From Nemertoderma westbladi (Eukaryota; Animalia; Xenacoelomorpha), in contig JAUCBJ010001230.1 in the NCBI GenBank assembly GCA_032718475.1, forward strand, positions 1-43,349: 43,349 nucleotides of DNA. Direction: 5' to 3'. The translations under genes were made by a program, and so were the position numbers. How positions within the stretch are numbered: the first letter of the stretch is position 1; each line of letters begins with the position of its first letter. Of this stretch, positions 19,664 to 31,048 are shown piece after piece. The notes beneath the pieces were generated by a model. It ran no database searches. It was not told where the DNA came from and worked only from the letters and a program-made list of their open reading frames with translations.

Positions 19664-20000
19664 CATACGAAGTGCACTGCTTTGGTATGACGTGCACTAA
19701 TTCACCGGTGCAATTATGCACTTCACCAGTACGAAGTGCACTGCTTTGGTATGACGTGCACTAATTCTCGGGTTCAATTATGCACTTCACCAGTACGAAG
19801 TGCACTGCAACGGTACTAAGTGCACTACACTGGTTCAATGTGCATGGCACCAGTACGAAGTGCACTGCAACAATGCGAAGGTGCACTAATTCACCGGTGC
19901 AATGTGCACTGCACCAGCATGAGTGCACTGCCCGGGTTCAATGTGCACTTCACCAGTACGATATGCACTGCAACACCATGAAGTGCACTGCACTGGTTCA
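19664..20000. repeat. GTGCAC-core minisatellite, ~21-bp subunits in a ~63-bp higher-order unit
   Basis: TACGAAGTGCACTGC recurs at ~63-bp spacing. Confidence 0.75.
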
Positions 20001-20480
20001 ACACAATTTCATTTTCCTTTCGTCATCTAGGCTGGCCTGGTGTACAGTACTTTTCCCGGCCCGGTTCTTTTTCACGGATCTTTCATTATTAATCTACGAA
20101 AATATATAATTTTATCGGAATTTTCACAAATTTTGCTTTCACCCTGAGTAACTACTCTACAAATGGCTTTGGGTTATTTTGTTTTAGAGTGTGTGAAACC
20201 CACTTACTTACACTCAGAATGCTGGATATTACTCGGTTTTTTATTATTACAACATTAGTATTATTAGTTCATTAAGGTTGAAGGTTGTGCAGTATAATTA
20301 CTTGCATTGATTTGATTAGTGACTCTGTGACTCTCTGGTGACTTTAATTGGTTGATTTTTATAGTCTGACAACCACTTATCTTATTTATTAAATCATAAA
20401 TAATCGCCTTTAATTACGAATTATTTCATGAAATCAAATTTTAAATTATTCGAATACTTATTATCTGATTGTGTTGCTGC

Positions 20481-21228
20481 TAGGGATGTGAGTTTTCCGG
20501 AAATATGTTTTTTCATGGAAATTTCCGGAAAAGTACGCTTCACCCTTATTTACGATCACAAAAGCCAAGTCCATGTGAAGAATACCGGGATTTCACTTTT
20601 CGGTAGACTTTTATTGGAATTTTAAATATGAAGATTGTATTTTTTTTAATTTATCTTTCATTAAGTGTTTCATAGCGCTTGTTTCTGTCTTATAACCTGT
20701 GCATATACTAATTCGTTTATTGTTTTGGTTAGATTCAGCCCTTCTGTAACCTGTGTTTTTAGTGAAAACCTGGTATTCTTCACATGGGCCAGACACCGAA
20801 GCATTTCAACACAACTAAACAGGAATCACTTGTTTCTAGTGATAGCCGTACTCTACTTGTGTTTTCCTATGTGTTTTCAGAATGTGTTTAAAGTGACCAA
20901 ATAGCAGGAGGTATTAAATTGTGAAAGATTTAGATTTGAAAGTGTATTAATTTCCGAACTTGCGTGAAAGTTTAAAACATAGTTAATAATGAAATTGTCA
21001 ACACAAAGTCACAAGCACTACTTTAGTTCATATCTTATTATTACTATTTTATGCAATTAATAAGAGGATATTTCTGTAAGTATTTACTACTAAAAGTAAA
21101 CTTATATAATAATTAATAATAATTATTTAATAAAATCGGGAATTTCCGGAAAAATGGCTTTGAAATTTCCGGAATTTTACGTAAAATTCCTCATGAAATT
21201 TCCTAACATTTCCTCTCTCACATCCCTA
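20481..21228. mobile_element. Non-autonomous hAT element
   Basis: TIR TAGGGATGTGAG / CTCACATCCCTA. 8-bp TSD GTTGCTGC (20473-20480) and GTTGCCGC (21229-21236). TTTCCGGAAA subterminal repeats. Confidence 0.85.
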
Positions 21229-21373
21229 GTTGCCGCAGTGTTGTGTTGCGTACAATAAATTATCGCACTGCTAAATAATCTAAAATATTCTAACAATAAA
21301 TTAAGAAGCTCTTATGGTTTGCTAATATTTTTTTATTTGATTAATCGAAATATTCCAAATTGTAATAAAACTT

Positions 21374-22772
21374 GCCCAATACCACGGTCTCCATGTTGTT
21401 GCGCCCAATACCACGGTCTCCATGTTGTTGCGCCCAATACCACGGTATCCATGTTGTTGCGCCCAATACCACGGTATCCATGTTGTTGCGCCCAATACCA
21501 CGGTCTCCATGTTGTTGCGCCCAATACCACGGTCTCCATGTTGTTGCGGCCAATACCACGGTATCCATGTTGTTGCGCCCAATACCACGGTCTCCATGTT
21601 GTTGCGCCCAATACCACGGTCTCCATGTTGTTGCGCCCAATACCACGGTATCCATGTTGTTGCGCCCAATACCACGGTCTCCATGTTGTTGCGCCCAATA
21701 CCACGGTATCCACGGTCTCCATGTTGTTGCGCCCAATACCACGGTCTCCATGTTGTTGCGCCCAATACCACGGTCTCCATGTTGTTGCGCCCAATACCAC
21801 GGTATCCATGTTGTTGCGCCCAATACCACGGTCTCCATGTTGTTGCGCCCAATACCACGGTATCCACGGTCTCCATGTTGTTGCGCCCAATACCACGGTC
21901 TCCATGTTGTTGCGCCCAATACCACGGTCTCCATGTTGTTGCGCCCAATACCACGGTATCCATGTTGTTGCGCCCAATACCACGGTCTCCATGTTGTTGC
22001 GCCCAATACCACGGTATCCACGGTCTCCATGTTGTTGCGCCCAATACCACGGTCTCCATGTTGTTGCGCCCAATACCACGGTCTCCATGTTGTTGCGCCC
22101 AATACCACGGTCTCCATGTTGTTGCGCCCAATACCACGGTCTCCATGTTGTTGCGCCCAATACCACGGTATCCATGTTGTTGCGCCCAATACCACGGTCT
22201 CCATGTTGTTGCGCCCAATACCACGGTATCCATGTTGTTGCGCCCAATACCACGGTCTCCATGTTGTTGCGCCCAATACCACGGTCTCCATGTTGTTGCG
22301 CCCAATACCACGGTCTCCATGTTGTTGCGCCCAATACCACGGTCTCCATGTTGTTGCGCCCAATACCACGGTCTCCATGTTGTTGCGCCCAATACCACGG
22401 TCTCCATGTTGTTGCGCCCAATACCACGGTATCCATGTTGTTGCGGCCAATACCACGGTATCCACGTTGTTGCGCCCAATACCACGGTATCCATGTTGTT
22501 GCGCCCAATACCACGGTCTCCATGCTGTTGCGCCCAATACCACGGTCTCCATGTTGTTGCGCCCAATACCACGGTCTCCATGTTGTTGCGCCCAATACCA
22601 CGGTCTCCATGTTGTTGCGCCCAATACCACGGTATCCATGTTGTTGCGCCCAATACCACGGTCTCCATGTTGTTGCGCCCAATACCACGGTCTCCATGTT
22701 GTTGCGCCCAATACCACGGTCTCCATGTTGTTGCGCCCAATATCACGGTTACCACGGTCTCCATGTTGTTGC
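21374..22772. repeat. 29-bp satellite (GCCCAATACCACGGTCTCCATGTTGTTGC), about 47 copies
   Basis: Near-perfect tandem array with a C/A variant and occasional 9-bp internal duplication CCACGGTAT. No spacers. Confidence 0.95.
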
Positions 22773-23859
22773 TTTTATCATTGTTATTATTAATTTATGT
22801 TTTCCAGCCATTATTTGTATAATTGTCATAAATTATCAAACTTTTTCTCTGAAACTCCTTCTAGTTTTGAATTTATTGTTATTGATAAATTTACTGATGT
22901 GCCACAATTTCGTTAAATCATAAAGTATTTTATTATCTTCGGCGTTTCCGAATGGTTGGTATGATATTTTACATAATAATTTTATGAAAAGTAACTAAAA
23001 TAGTATTATATGTGGACAAAGTATATATAATATAAACCTATTTGCTATAATAATATAAATTTAATTGCTATGGGGCGAGCCATGCACTACAGCAGTACTG
23101 GCAACATACGACAGCAACATTCTACTCAATAAACTTATCTACGAAACATGTTTCAGTTAATGTTAATGTAGAACACATGGTCGCATCCTGACCTACCGCT
23201 GTATGTGATTATGTCTCACCCGGTATCCCCGTCACCCGGTACAGTATAATCTCATATTGGATAGCTGTATGCAACTTAGACAACTTATTGCGTATTTATT
23301 TCTTAATAATTTAATTATTGGCCTTCTATACTGTTGTATAGAAAGTCATGATTTAATTACATGAACTCTTTGAGTTTATTTAAATTTATGTAGATGTGAT
23401 TTCGTGTTTTTTAGTTTTAACTCATTCGACATTGTATAGCCGTGTACTGCACCTTTCTCGACATATTAATGTCTTCCACAATATAGTGCACCATTAACGC
23501 CCTACCTATTATTTCTATTTCACTTTAGTTTCAACCAGTTCCCACATCCATTTACTGCACCAACACAATTCCGTATCCTCAAGTTATTGTTCCATTCTTA
23601 CATCTTTGTTTAACTCAATATTTAATATTTTGCACTTTTGGTTGTCTCTTTTGACATTTGCCGGTTTATAAACCATATGTGTTCGTTCTTTTGATATTGA
23701 TTTACTTACATTTATGTAATTTGTTAAATAATACACCAGGTCCTAGAGTAAACATTAATTACTTAATTAGTCTTTATTAATTGAGATGCTATAAATATTG
23801 AGCTGCTATAAATACACCAGTCCTAGAATAATATGTCTTTATTCATCATCAACATCATT

Positions 23860-25393
23860 CAACATCATGTATCTGTGTCTGGGCTTACAGATATCCCCAT
23901 TGGTAACATCCCTTTGCTGAAATCAAGACTGCAGCTAGGATCAATCGTGCCAGTGGAGTAGATGGCGTTCCCCCTGAGGTTTTTAAAATTCCTGAGTGTT
24001 TGGAGCTCATTCACCCAAATTATTGTGGATATGTATAGAACAAAGAGAGTCCCTAAAGTTGGTCCCAGCCCCAAAGAAGGGCAACCTAACAACCCGTGGA
24101 TCTTTTCGTGGAATCTCGTTAATCTCGATTGCTGCAAAGCTATACAACATAGTTGAGAGACTGTTACGTGGGAACCAAAATGGGTTCCGTAAAGGTCATG
24201 GGACCGTGGAGCCTATTCTGAGACTTACAAGGAGAATCGAAGAGTTATCAATAAAGAAAGACAGACAACTGGCTATTATCTTTGTTGAATTCTTTAAAGC
24301 CTTCGACTCAGTCTCCCGACCACGGATGTTCAGCATACTGGTGGCATCATATGGGATTCCTGAGGAAATTATGGCAGCTATCACATCACTGTACGATGGT
24401 TCCACCACCTTTGTGTCTACCCTCTGCCTTTGTGACAGATCCATTCTAAGTCTTATGGGGAGGGGGGTCCTTCAGGGTGACACACTTGCAGTACTTGCAC
24501 CATTCTTATTCGTAATTGTGGTTGATTATGTTCTACGCATGTCCTTAGACCATCTTAATAAAGATGGGGCGATGGTAACACCCCTACTGACACAAGAAGT
24601 TGAGGAAATCCAGCAAAGTACCTTGCTGGTCTAGACTTTCCTGATGACATAGGGGTACTGTCATAATCACTAGAGGGAGCACAAGGGCTCCTCTGCTCAT
24701 TGGAGCAGGTTGCTTCTAGTGTTGGTCTTTTTGTAACTTCCAAGAAGATCAAAATCATGACAGTGAACCTAGACAGCCCTCAAGAAATGGCTTGCTTGAG
24801 CACGTGGATGACTTCTGATACTTGGGATCATGGATCAGAAAGTCAGACCTTCGGATAGGTAAGGGGAAGGCATATGCAGCGTTAAATAGTGTGTCCAGGA
24901 TTTGGAAGTCTCATAGAATAAAACGGAACCTTAAGGTTCTATTATCTATGGCAGCAGTACCGGTAGTACCAGTACTCTTATAAGGGAGTCCATGCTGGGC
25001 TCTAACTGCAGAGGATACCAACTAAATCTCTGGATGGCACTTTCACAAGAATGCTGCCCCGGGTTCATTGTGTCAAGTACAATGCACACATATTCAATCA
25101 GACTATATACAACATTGGAGGTGTTCTATTAATCTCCCCTAGCTTGCCACTTGAACAGAACCGCCTCCGCTTTGCAGGACATTGCTTCCGCCGTGAGGAT
25201 CAGCCAGAGCATAATCGAGTGCTTTGGCGCCCTCATGGGGCGAATAAGCATGGTGGACAGCCCATGACTTTCTTGAGACGCATCTTAAAGCCATGGCGGC
25301 GCAACTTTGTTGGCAAGCCTGGACAGCATTCTTAATTATGTAATATATATAATGCAGCTCCAATGCAGCATGCCGATCGTAGTAGTAGTAGTA
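23860..25393 (+). mobile_element. 5'-truncated, frameshifted RTE-like non-LTR retrotransposon (reverse transcriptase pseudogene)
   Basis: RT motifs RGISLISIAAKLYN, QNGFRKG, KAFDSVSR, GVLQGDTLA..PFLFVIVVDYVLR, LDFPDD; C-terminal RLRFAGHCFRR; (GTA)n tail. Confidence 0.9.
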
Positions 25394-25489
25394 GCTGCTA
25401 TAAACACACCAGGTCATAAAATAATGTCTTTATTCATTGAACTACTAAATACACCAGGTCCTAGAATAATGTGTCTTTATTCATTGAGC

Positions 25490-26471
25490 TGGGGTTGTTG
25501 GGGAGCTGTGTGTGATGGGTTTGGGGGAGGGAGCTCAGTGAAGGAGGTGATTGTTGGGGAGCTGTGTGTGATGGCTTGGGGGGGGTGCTCAGTGAAGCGG
25601 GGGATTGTTGGGAGCTGTGTGTGATGGCTTGGGGAGGACGCTCAGTGAAGGAGGGGGTTGTTGGGAGCAGGGTGTGTTGGGTTGGGGGGAGGTTGCTCAG
25701 TGAAGGAAGGGGTTGTGGGGAGCTGTGTGTGATGGCTTGGGGAGGAAGCTTAGTGAAGGAAGGGGTTGTGGGGAGCTGTGTGTGATGGCTTGGGGAGGGA
25801 GCTCAGTGAAGGAGGGGGTTGTTGAGAGCAGGGTGTGTTGGGTTGGGGGGAGGTTGCTCAGTGAAGGAAGGGGTTGTGGGGAGCTGTGTGTGATGGCTTG
25901 GGGAGGAAGCTTAGTGAAGGAAGGGGTTGTGGGGAGCTGTGTGTGATGGCTTGGGGAGGGAGCTCAGTGAAGGAGGGGGTTGTTGGGAGCAGGGTGTGTC
26001 GGCTTGGGGGGGAAGCTCAGTGAAGGAGGCGGTTGTTGGGAGCAGGGTGTGTTGGCTTGGGGAAGAAGCTCAGTGAAGGAGGGGGTTGTTGGGGAGGCTT
26101 GGGGGGGAAGCTCAGTGAAGGAGGATGTTGTTGGGGGGAGCTGTGTGTGATGGCTTGGTGAGGAAGCTCAGTGAAGGAAGAGGTTGTGGAGAGCTGTGTG
26201 TGATGGCTTGGGGAGGAATCTCAGTGAAGGAAGGGGTTGTGGAGAGCTGTGTGTGATGGCTTGGGGAGGAAGCTCAGTGAAGGAAGGGGTTGTGGAGAGC
26301 TGTGTGTGATGGCTTGGGGAGGAAGCTCAGTGAAGGAAGGGGTTGTGGATAGCTGTGTGTGATGGCTTGGGGAGGAAGCTCAGTGAAGGAAGGGGTTGTG
26401 GATAGCTGTTGTGTGATGGCTTGGGGAGGAAGCTCAGTGAAGGAGGGGGTTGTTGGGCAGCTGTGTGTGAT
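25490..26471. repeat. G-rich ~53-bp minisatellite, about 18 copies
   Basis: GAGCTGTGTGTGATGGCTTGGGGAGGAAGCTCAGTGAAGGAAGGGGTTGTGGA units, most homogeneous at 26190-26450. Confidence 0.9.
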
Positions 26472-26609
26472 AGATTTATTATCTCGCTAATATTATAATA
26501 TTGCTTTTTCCCTACAATATCAATGCTTACAGTACAATCAACAAGTACCTAGGGGGGGGGGGAGAGATACTCCCTTTTTTGTAAATAGCTAAATTATTTC
26601 TGCTTGTAG

Positions 26610-28810
26610 GTAGTTTTGTATATTTTATACCTTTTGGAGGATAAACATGGCCAAAGATTGAGTTCAAATAAAAAATGTCGCCCCCTAGCGGCCACCAGCG
26701 AAAATGTTAATTTCACTAAAAACATTTTGGAGTCTTGGTTTTTCTGAATCAGCATCCTCGGTTCCACAAAACATATCGGTTACATTTTTGTTTATGTCCT
26801 AATTTTTTTAATATTATTAACTAATATGAATTATTATTTATTATATATTTACTAATTTCAAGAAATTAATATGAAATAATGAAAAAAGATGAAATCATCA
26901 ACTAGAAAAAAACCCAGCCGATATTTTCGATATAAATAAATATATTTTGACGGAGACGTTGACAGACAAACAGAAAGTCAAACTGAGAGACAGGCAGACA
27001 TAGTAGATAATATACATATTATTATTAGATAATTCCAAACATGAAAACAGACATCGACATCAAGAAAAATCGCAACAGCAAACATTTCAGATTGCTTATG
27101 TGCTTTTTAATATTTTGATTGACAGACGGAAAGCGAAGCCATTTCCATATTTGAAATCCTCAATAAATTCTGCTCTAGGTGAAATAAAAAAGAAATCGAA
27201 AATTTTGACGGGGGGGGGGGGTCTTGTATAACAACAATGATAGAGCACTGCGTTGCAGTTAGTGGATCACTCTTTGACTGCGATGTGTGCATGGTATCAT
27301 AATAACTGTAATTCTCAGTGTAAACTGTATAATACAGCACAGCACTATAAATTGAGTGAAGGTACAGCATTAGACTTGGCCTACAACTAACAGTTTGTTG
27401 GTGCTGCTATGCCTATCGCGTATCAGATATGCAAATTCTAGTTATTGTACCAGCAGACCAGTCAGTGCCTTGGCAGCGGATTTATTATTACATTGGTCCT
27501 TAGGGTTCTTTAGTAGTTTAGACCCTACTACTACAAATGCACAACAATCAACAATACTCCTGTACTGCAATAATAATAATAAATTCAACGCTACCGCACC
27601 GTTCTACAGTAACTGTTTTCGTCAGTTTCCCTACACTCCTTGTTTTCGCTTTGTTTTCGCCTGTTGTCACGATCTAGTACTACCCCACTACATGAGAGCG
27701 CTGGCTACCCAATCACTATTACGCAACGTAAATAGTGACTTATTTGGTAATAATGAATGGTCAGGTAATTCACCCGACTTGAACCCCGCCAAAAATATGC
27801 TGCTTCGGAACGTTTAAAATTGAACACGACAGAACAACAGACACACCGATTGAGTTAGTGGTACCTGTATGCTAAGCTCGCTTTCTTCCGTCGCTCGCCC
27901 CACAATAGAAAACATACTATGTCTAAAAAATTTCCTATATGGGTTTTCTTGGTCCGTGACTTCATTTCTGATGTCAGTATTCAAATTTGGCAAATATAAA
28001 CGACTGCCAAACAGACAATTTGGGAGTCATCAATGTTAAATCTGACACTCTAAATGAATTCTGCGACCAGGAAAACCCCTATAACTAAACTTTTAGTTAG
28101 ATGGTGAGCCCTTTTCTTATATTTAACGGACAAATTGTCGGATAGTCAGAAAGACCGACATACAGACAAACAGACTAACTAGATTTCTTTAAAAGTGAAA
28201 TCTTACCTCAGAAATGAAATCAGCGACCAGGAAAACCCCCATACATCTTAGCATGATTATTTTATGGTTTCGTGTTGATATATGACATATATATTGACAG
28301 ACATTCTCACATAACAACAGACAAATTTTGCGCGGAAAGGTTCAAACTTTAAAGGCAATTATCGCGGAATGGTAATTTTTCATTTTTAAAATACGTCTCC
28401 TCCGCTATTTTTCAACCAATTTGCAAGTTTTTGGTATCAAATGAAATCTACTAGTGTGCGCAGTAATAAAATTTGAGCAGGTTTTTTGGTTTTGCAATTG
28501 TTGATCTGTTATAAAATTTTTTACGAGAAAAACAGTGCTTTTTTGAAAATTATTTTCATAATTAGCGGTATTTTCCTTTAAAAGTACGAAACAAAAATTC
28601 TGCTCGAATTTTTTCACGTAATCGGCCATGCTGATTCAAAAAAAAGGTTTCAACTTATAAAAAATAAAGCATAACAAAGGAGAAGCATTTTAAGTCAAAT
28701 ATGGAAATTTTGGCTCTGGCCGCTAAGTGGCGTCAAAAATGCATTTTATATTATGTTTACTTTAAACTTCTACTTCATATTAGTAGATAATTATAGAAAA
28801 ATATAAACCA
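26610..28810. mobile_element. Old diverged inverted-repeat element (boundaries approximate)
   Basis: Mirrored blocks GTCGCCCCCTAGCGGCCA (26677) / TGGCCGCTAAGTGGCGTC (28717) and TTTTTTCTGAATCAGCAT (~26739) / ATGCTGATTCAAAAAAA (~28628). No TSD found. Confidence 0.45.
27660..27817 (+). pseudogene. Tc1/mariner-type transposase C-terminal catalytic fragment
   Basis: HD..PH.MRALATQSLL...EWSGNSPDLNPAKN matches the WPxNSPDLNPIEN motif; the catalytic E is replaced by K. Confidence 0.75.
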
Positions 28811-29828
28811 ACCAATCAATCAATACAGGTTTTTATTGTTATTTTACGCATCATAATAAATTATAATTACGGTGTTTGTTTATATAATAAATCTAATGAT
28901 TCATTAATCTCCTACAAATGTAACGTAAGCAGCACAAAAGAAAGTAAAAGCACGAAAACATATCATTTATAATTAATATGACATATGATAAAAGGTATAT
29001 ACCCCGTAAATTAAATACAATTATTTAAATGTTAAGAATGCGGCATCCATATCAGGTGTGAACATTACTATACAGTAAGTACTTTTATTCAATAAATTAC
29101 TTTTTTTAGAAGTGATCTGAAATTTAATGATCCAAAATCTGAAATTAGAAAGAAAGTAGATAAGACAGTTTGGAATGCATATTGTTTACTATTGGGTAGA
29201 TACGAAGTGAACAGTAATAATAATTATAATCAATGCTGTTCAATTAGTTAAGTTATCTTATCATTTGATTTTATTTAGTTAAAGTGGTTTTAATAAATCG
29301 TTGACTTAGCAACTAAAATAGACATCTACGCCTACAAGTCAATAAATACATGTGGTACTGGTAGGTTAGTAAAGAAGCAGCCACAGAGGCGGGTTGAAAG
29401 AAAATAAAACAATAAACGAGAGTTGGGAATATTGTAAAAAAAAAAACAATTTAATAGGCAATCAACAGCTTGAAAATCAACAGTTTAGGCAATAACAAAA
29501 GTTGATGGTTACATGAATTATTCAAAATGTTGGTATTTAGTTATGTTTTATTTGTTTCAATTATTATTTAACTAAAACCTCAGAATTAGTTGAACAGTAC
29601 TGAAATAATTTATAGCACTTTTACAATGGTACAGTAGATCAAGGTTGTTAGAACATAAATTAACTAAATAGAGAGGCCAATGGATAAAATGACTTAAAAG
29701 TTTAAACACATTAATTTTATGAATAAAATATTAAATATGAGGCCAAGCACATAATTAAAGCGCTATATACCACGAACCCGACTAATGCAACACGTGGTAG
29801 CCCTACTGACTGTTAGTAAAGATAATAC

Positions 29829-29893
29829 TGTGCCATTATAGTTGAATGTGCCATTATAGTTGAATGTGCCATTATAGTTGAATGTGCCATTAT
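29829..29893. repeat. 18-bp tandem repeat (TGTGCCATTATAGTTGAA), 3.6 copies
   Basis: Perfect copies. Confidence 0.9.
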
Positions 29894-31048
29894 GAACGTC
29901 CCATAATACACCAAAGAAAATGAAATTATTGTTTCATCAGCGGCAATTACCTTGAATAGACATCCGTACTCATTTTTTTCTAAAAACCTTACTGAAATAG
30001 CATATCAGTTTACAATTTAGTCTAGCCTCCCAACTTATATTGTGTGAGTCATAATCTTTAGCTTTTAAACTTTAGCCACAAGGGTTTGCAAAAAGTGTTA
30101 TTGTCGAGATTCCCACAGCCGTTACTCCTTATTACCTAAAACTGGTTTATTTGTACTGATGAAAAGGTTGCCTACAAAATATTCTTGAAGACGCATTTTT
30201 ATTCCAGAATATTAATTAAATACCATCAAGCAAAGGAAAATTTAAAAATTAAAAACAAGAATCTTTTGAAGGCGGATAGCATTAGAAAGTAATCCTGGAA
30301 GGTAACCTTTCTAACGATACGCTTTATAAAGTAATATTTTGAATATTTGAATATATATCACCTTCGTAATTCATAAAAAGTGAGAAAAATAACTGAGGGA
30401 TTTTGGTAATTGTTGAAGCTTTGCTAATAAGCGTTTTCAAAAGCTTGTAGCGAAATATTAGAAAATAAAATTCTGACTCACCCACTAAGAGGTCGGAAGG
30501 TCAAACTCCTCTGTTGCAAACTGCAGAACTGTAAATAACCAGCGAACCGCTGTTATCATAGCAGGGCGTGTTCAAAATGTCCCTGTGTGACTCAGAAGCC
30601 ATAATTATTGGCTTTCGAATCGATACCCACACATTGAGACATTTGGGAAACGGCCCTAGTATGATTTATAACTGTTCGTTATTGCATCACAGTTCGGACT
30701 CGCCCCACACGTCATGGCCGTATAGTTTATAGCGCTACAATAGCAGCAAAAACCAATACTTAGAATGGGTTAATAAATTAAAAATTCATTTCCAAATATA
30801 AAGCAATAGGCCCTAGTAATACAAACAAACAGGCACAGGATACGATACGATATACAATTTTCGTAATTTGTAAATCGTATTGTTTTGGATTTTCTCAAAA
30901 ATCACAATCAAAAGTCGTAACTTGAAAAACTGGTACTTATCATAATCATATAGTATCCTTTTCCTAGCATTAAATAATGTAATGAGATCAGATCAAAATC
31001 AGATCAGACAAATAAACCAGGTTAAAAAGGATTCTAAGGCAGTTGTAG

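Noticed and set aside
19618-20030. Helitron or TIR element around the GTGCAC minisatellite (CTAG at both ends)
   Set aside because: Terminal similarity is weak, and there is no TSD or 3' hairpin.
21319-22923. Six long ORFs (454-534 aa) and a CRISPR-sized 29-bp repeat
   Set aside because: The satellite unit has no stop codon in any frame, which explains the ORFs. There are no unique spacers or cas genes, and the context is eukaryotic.
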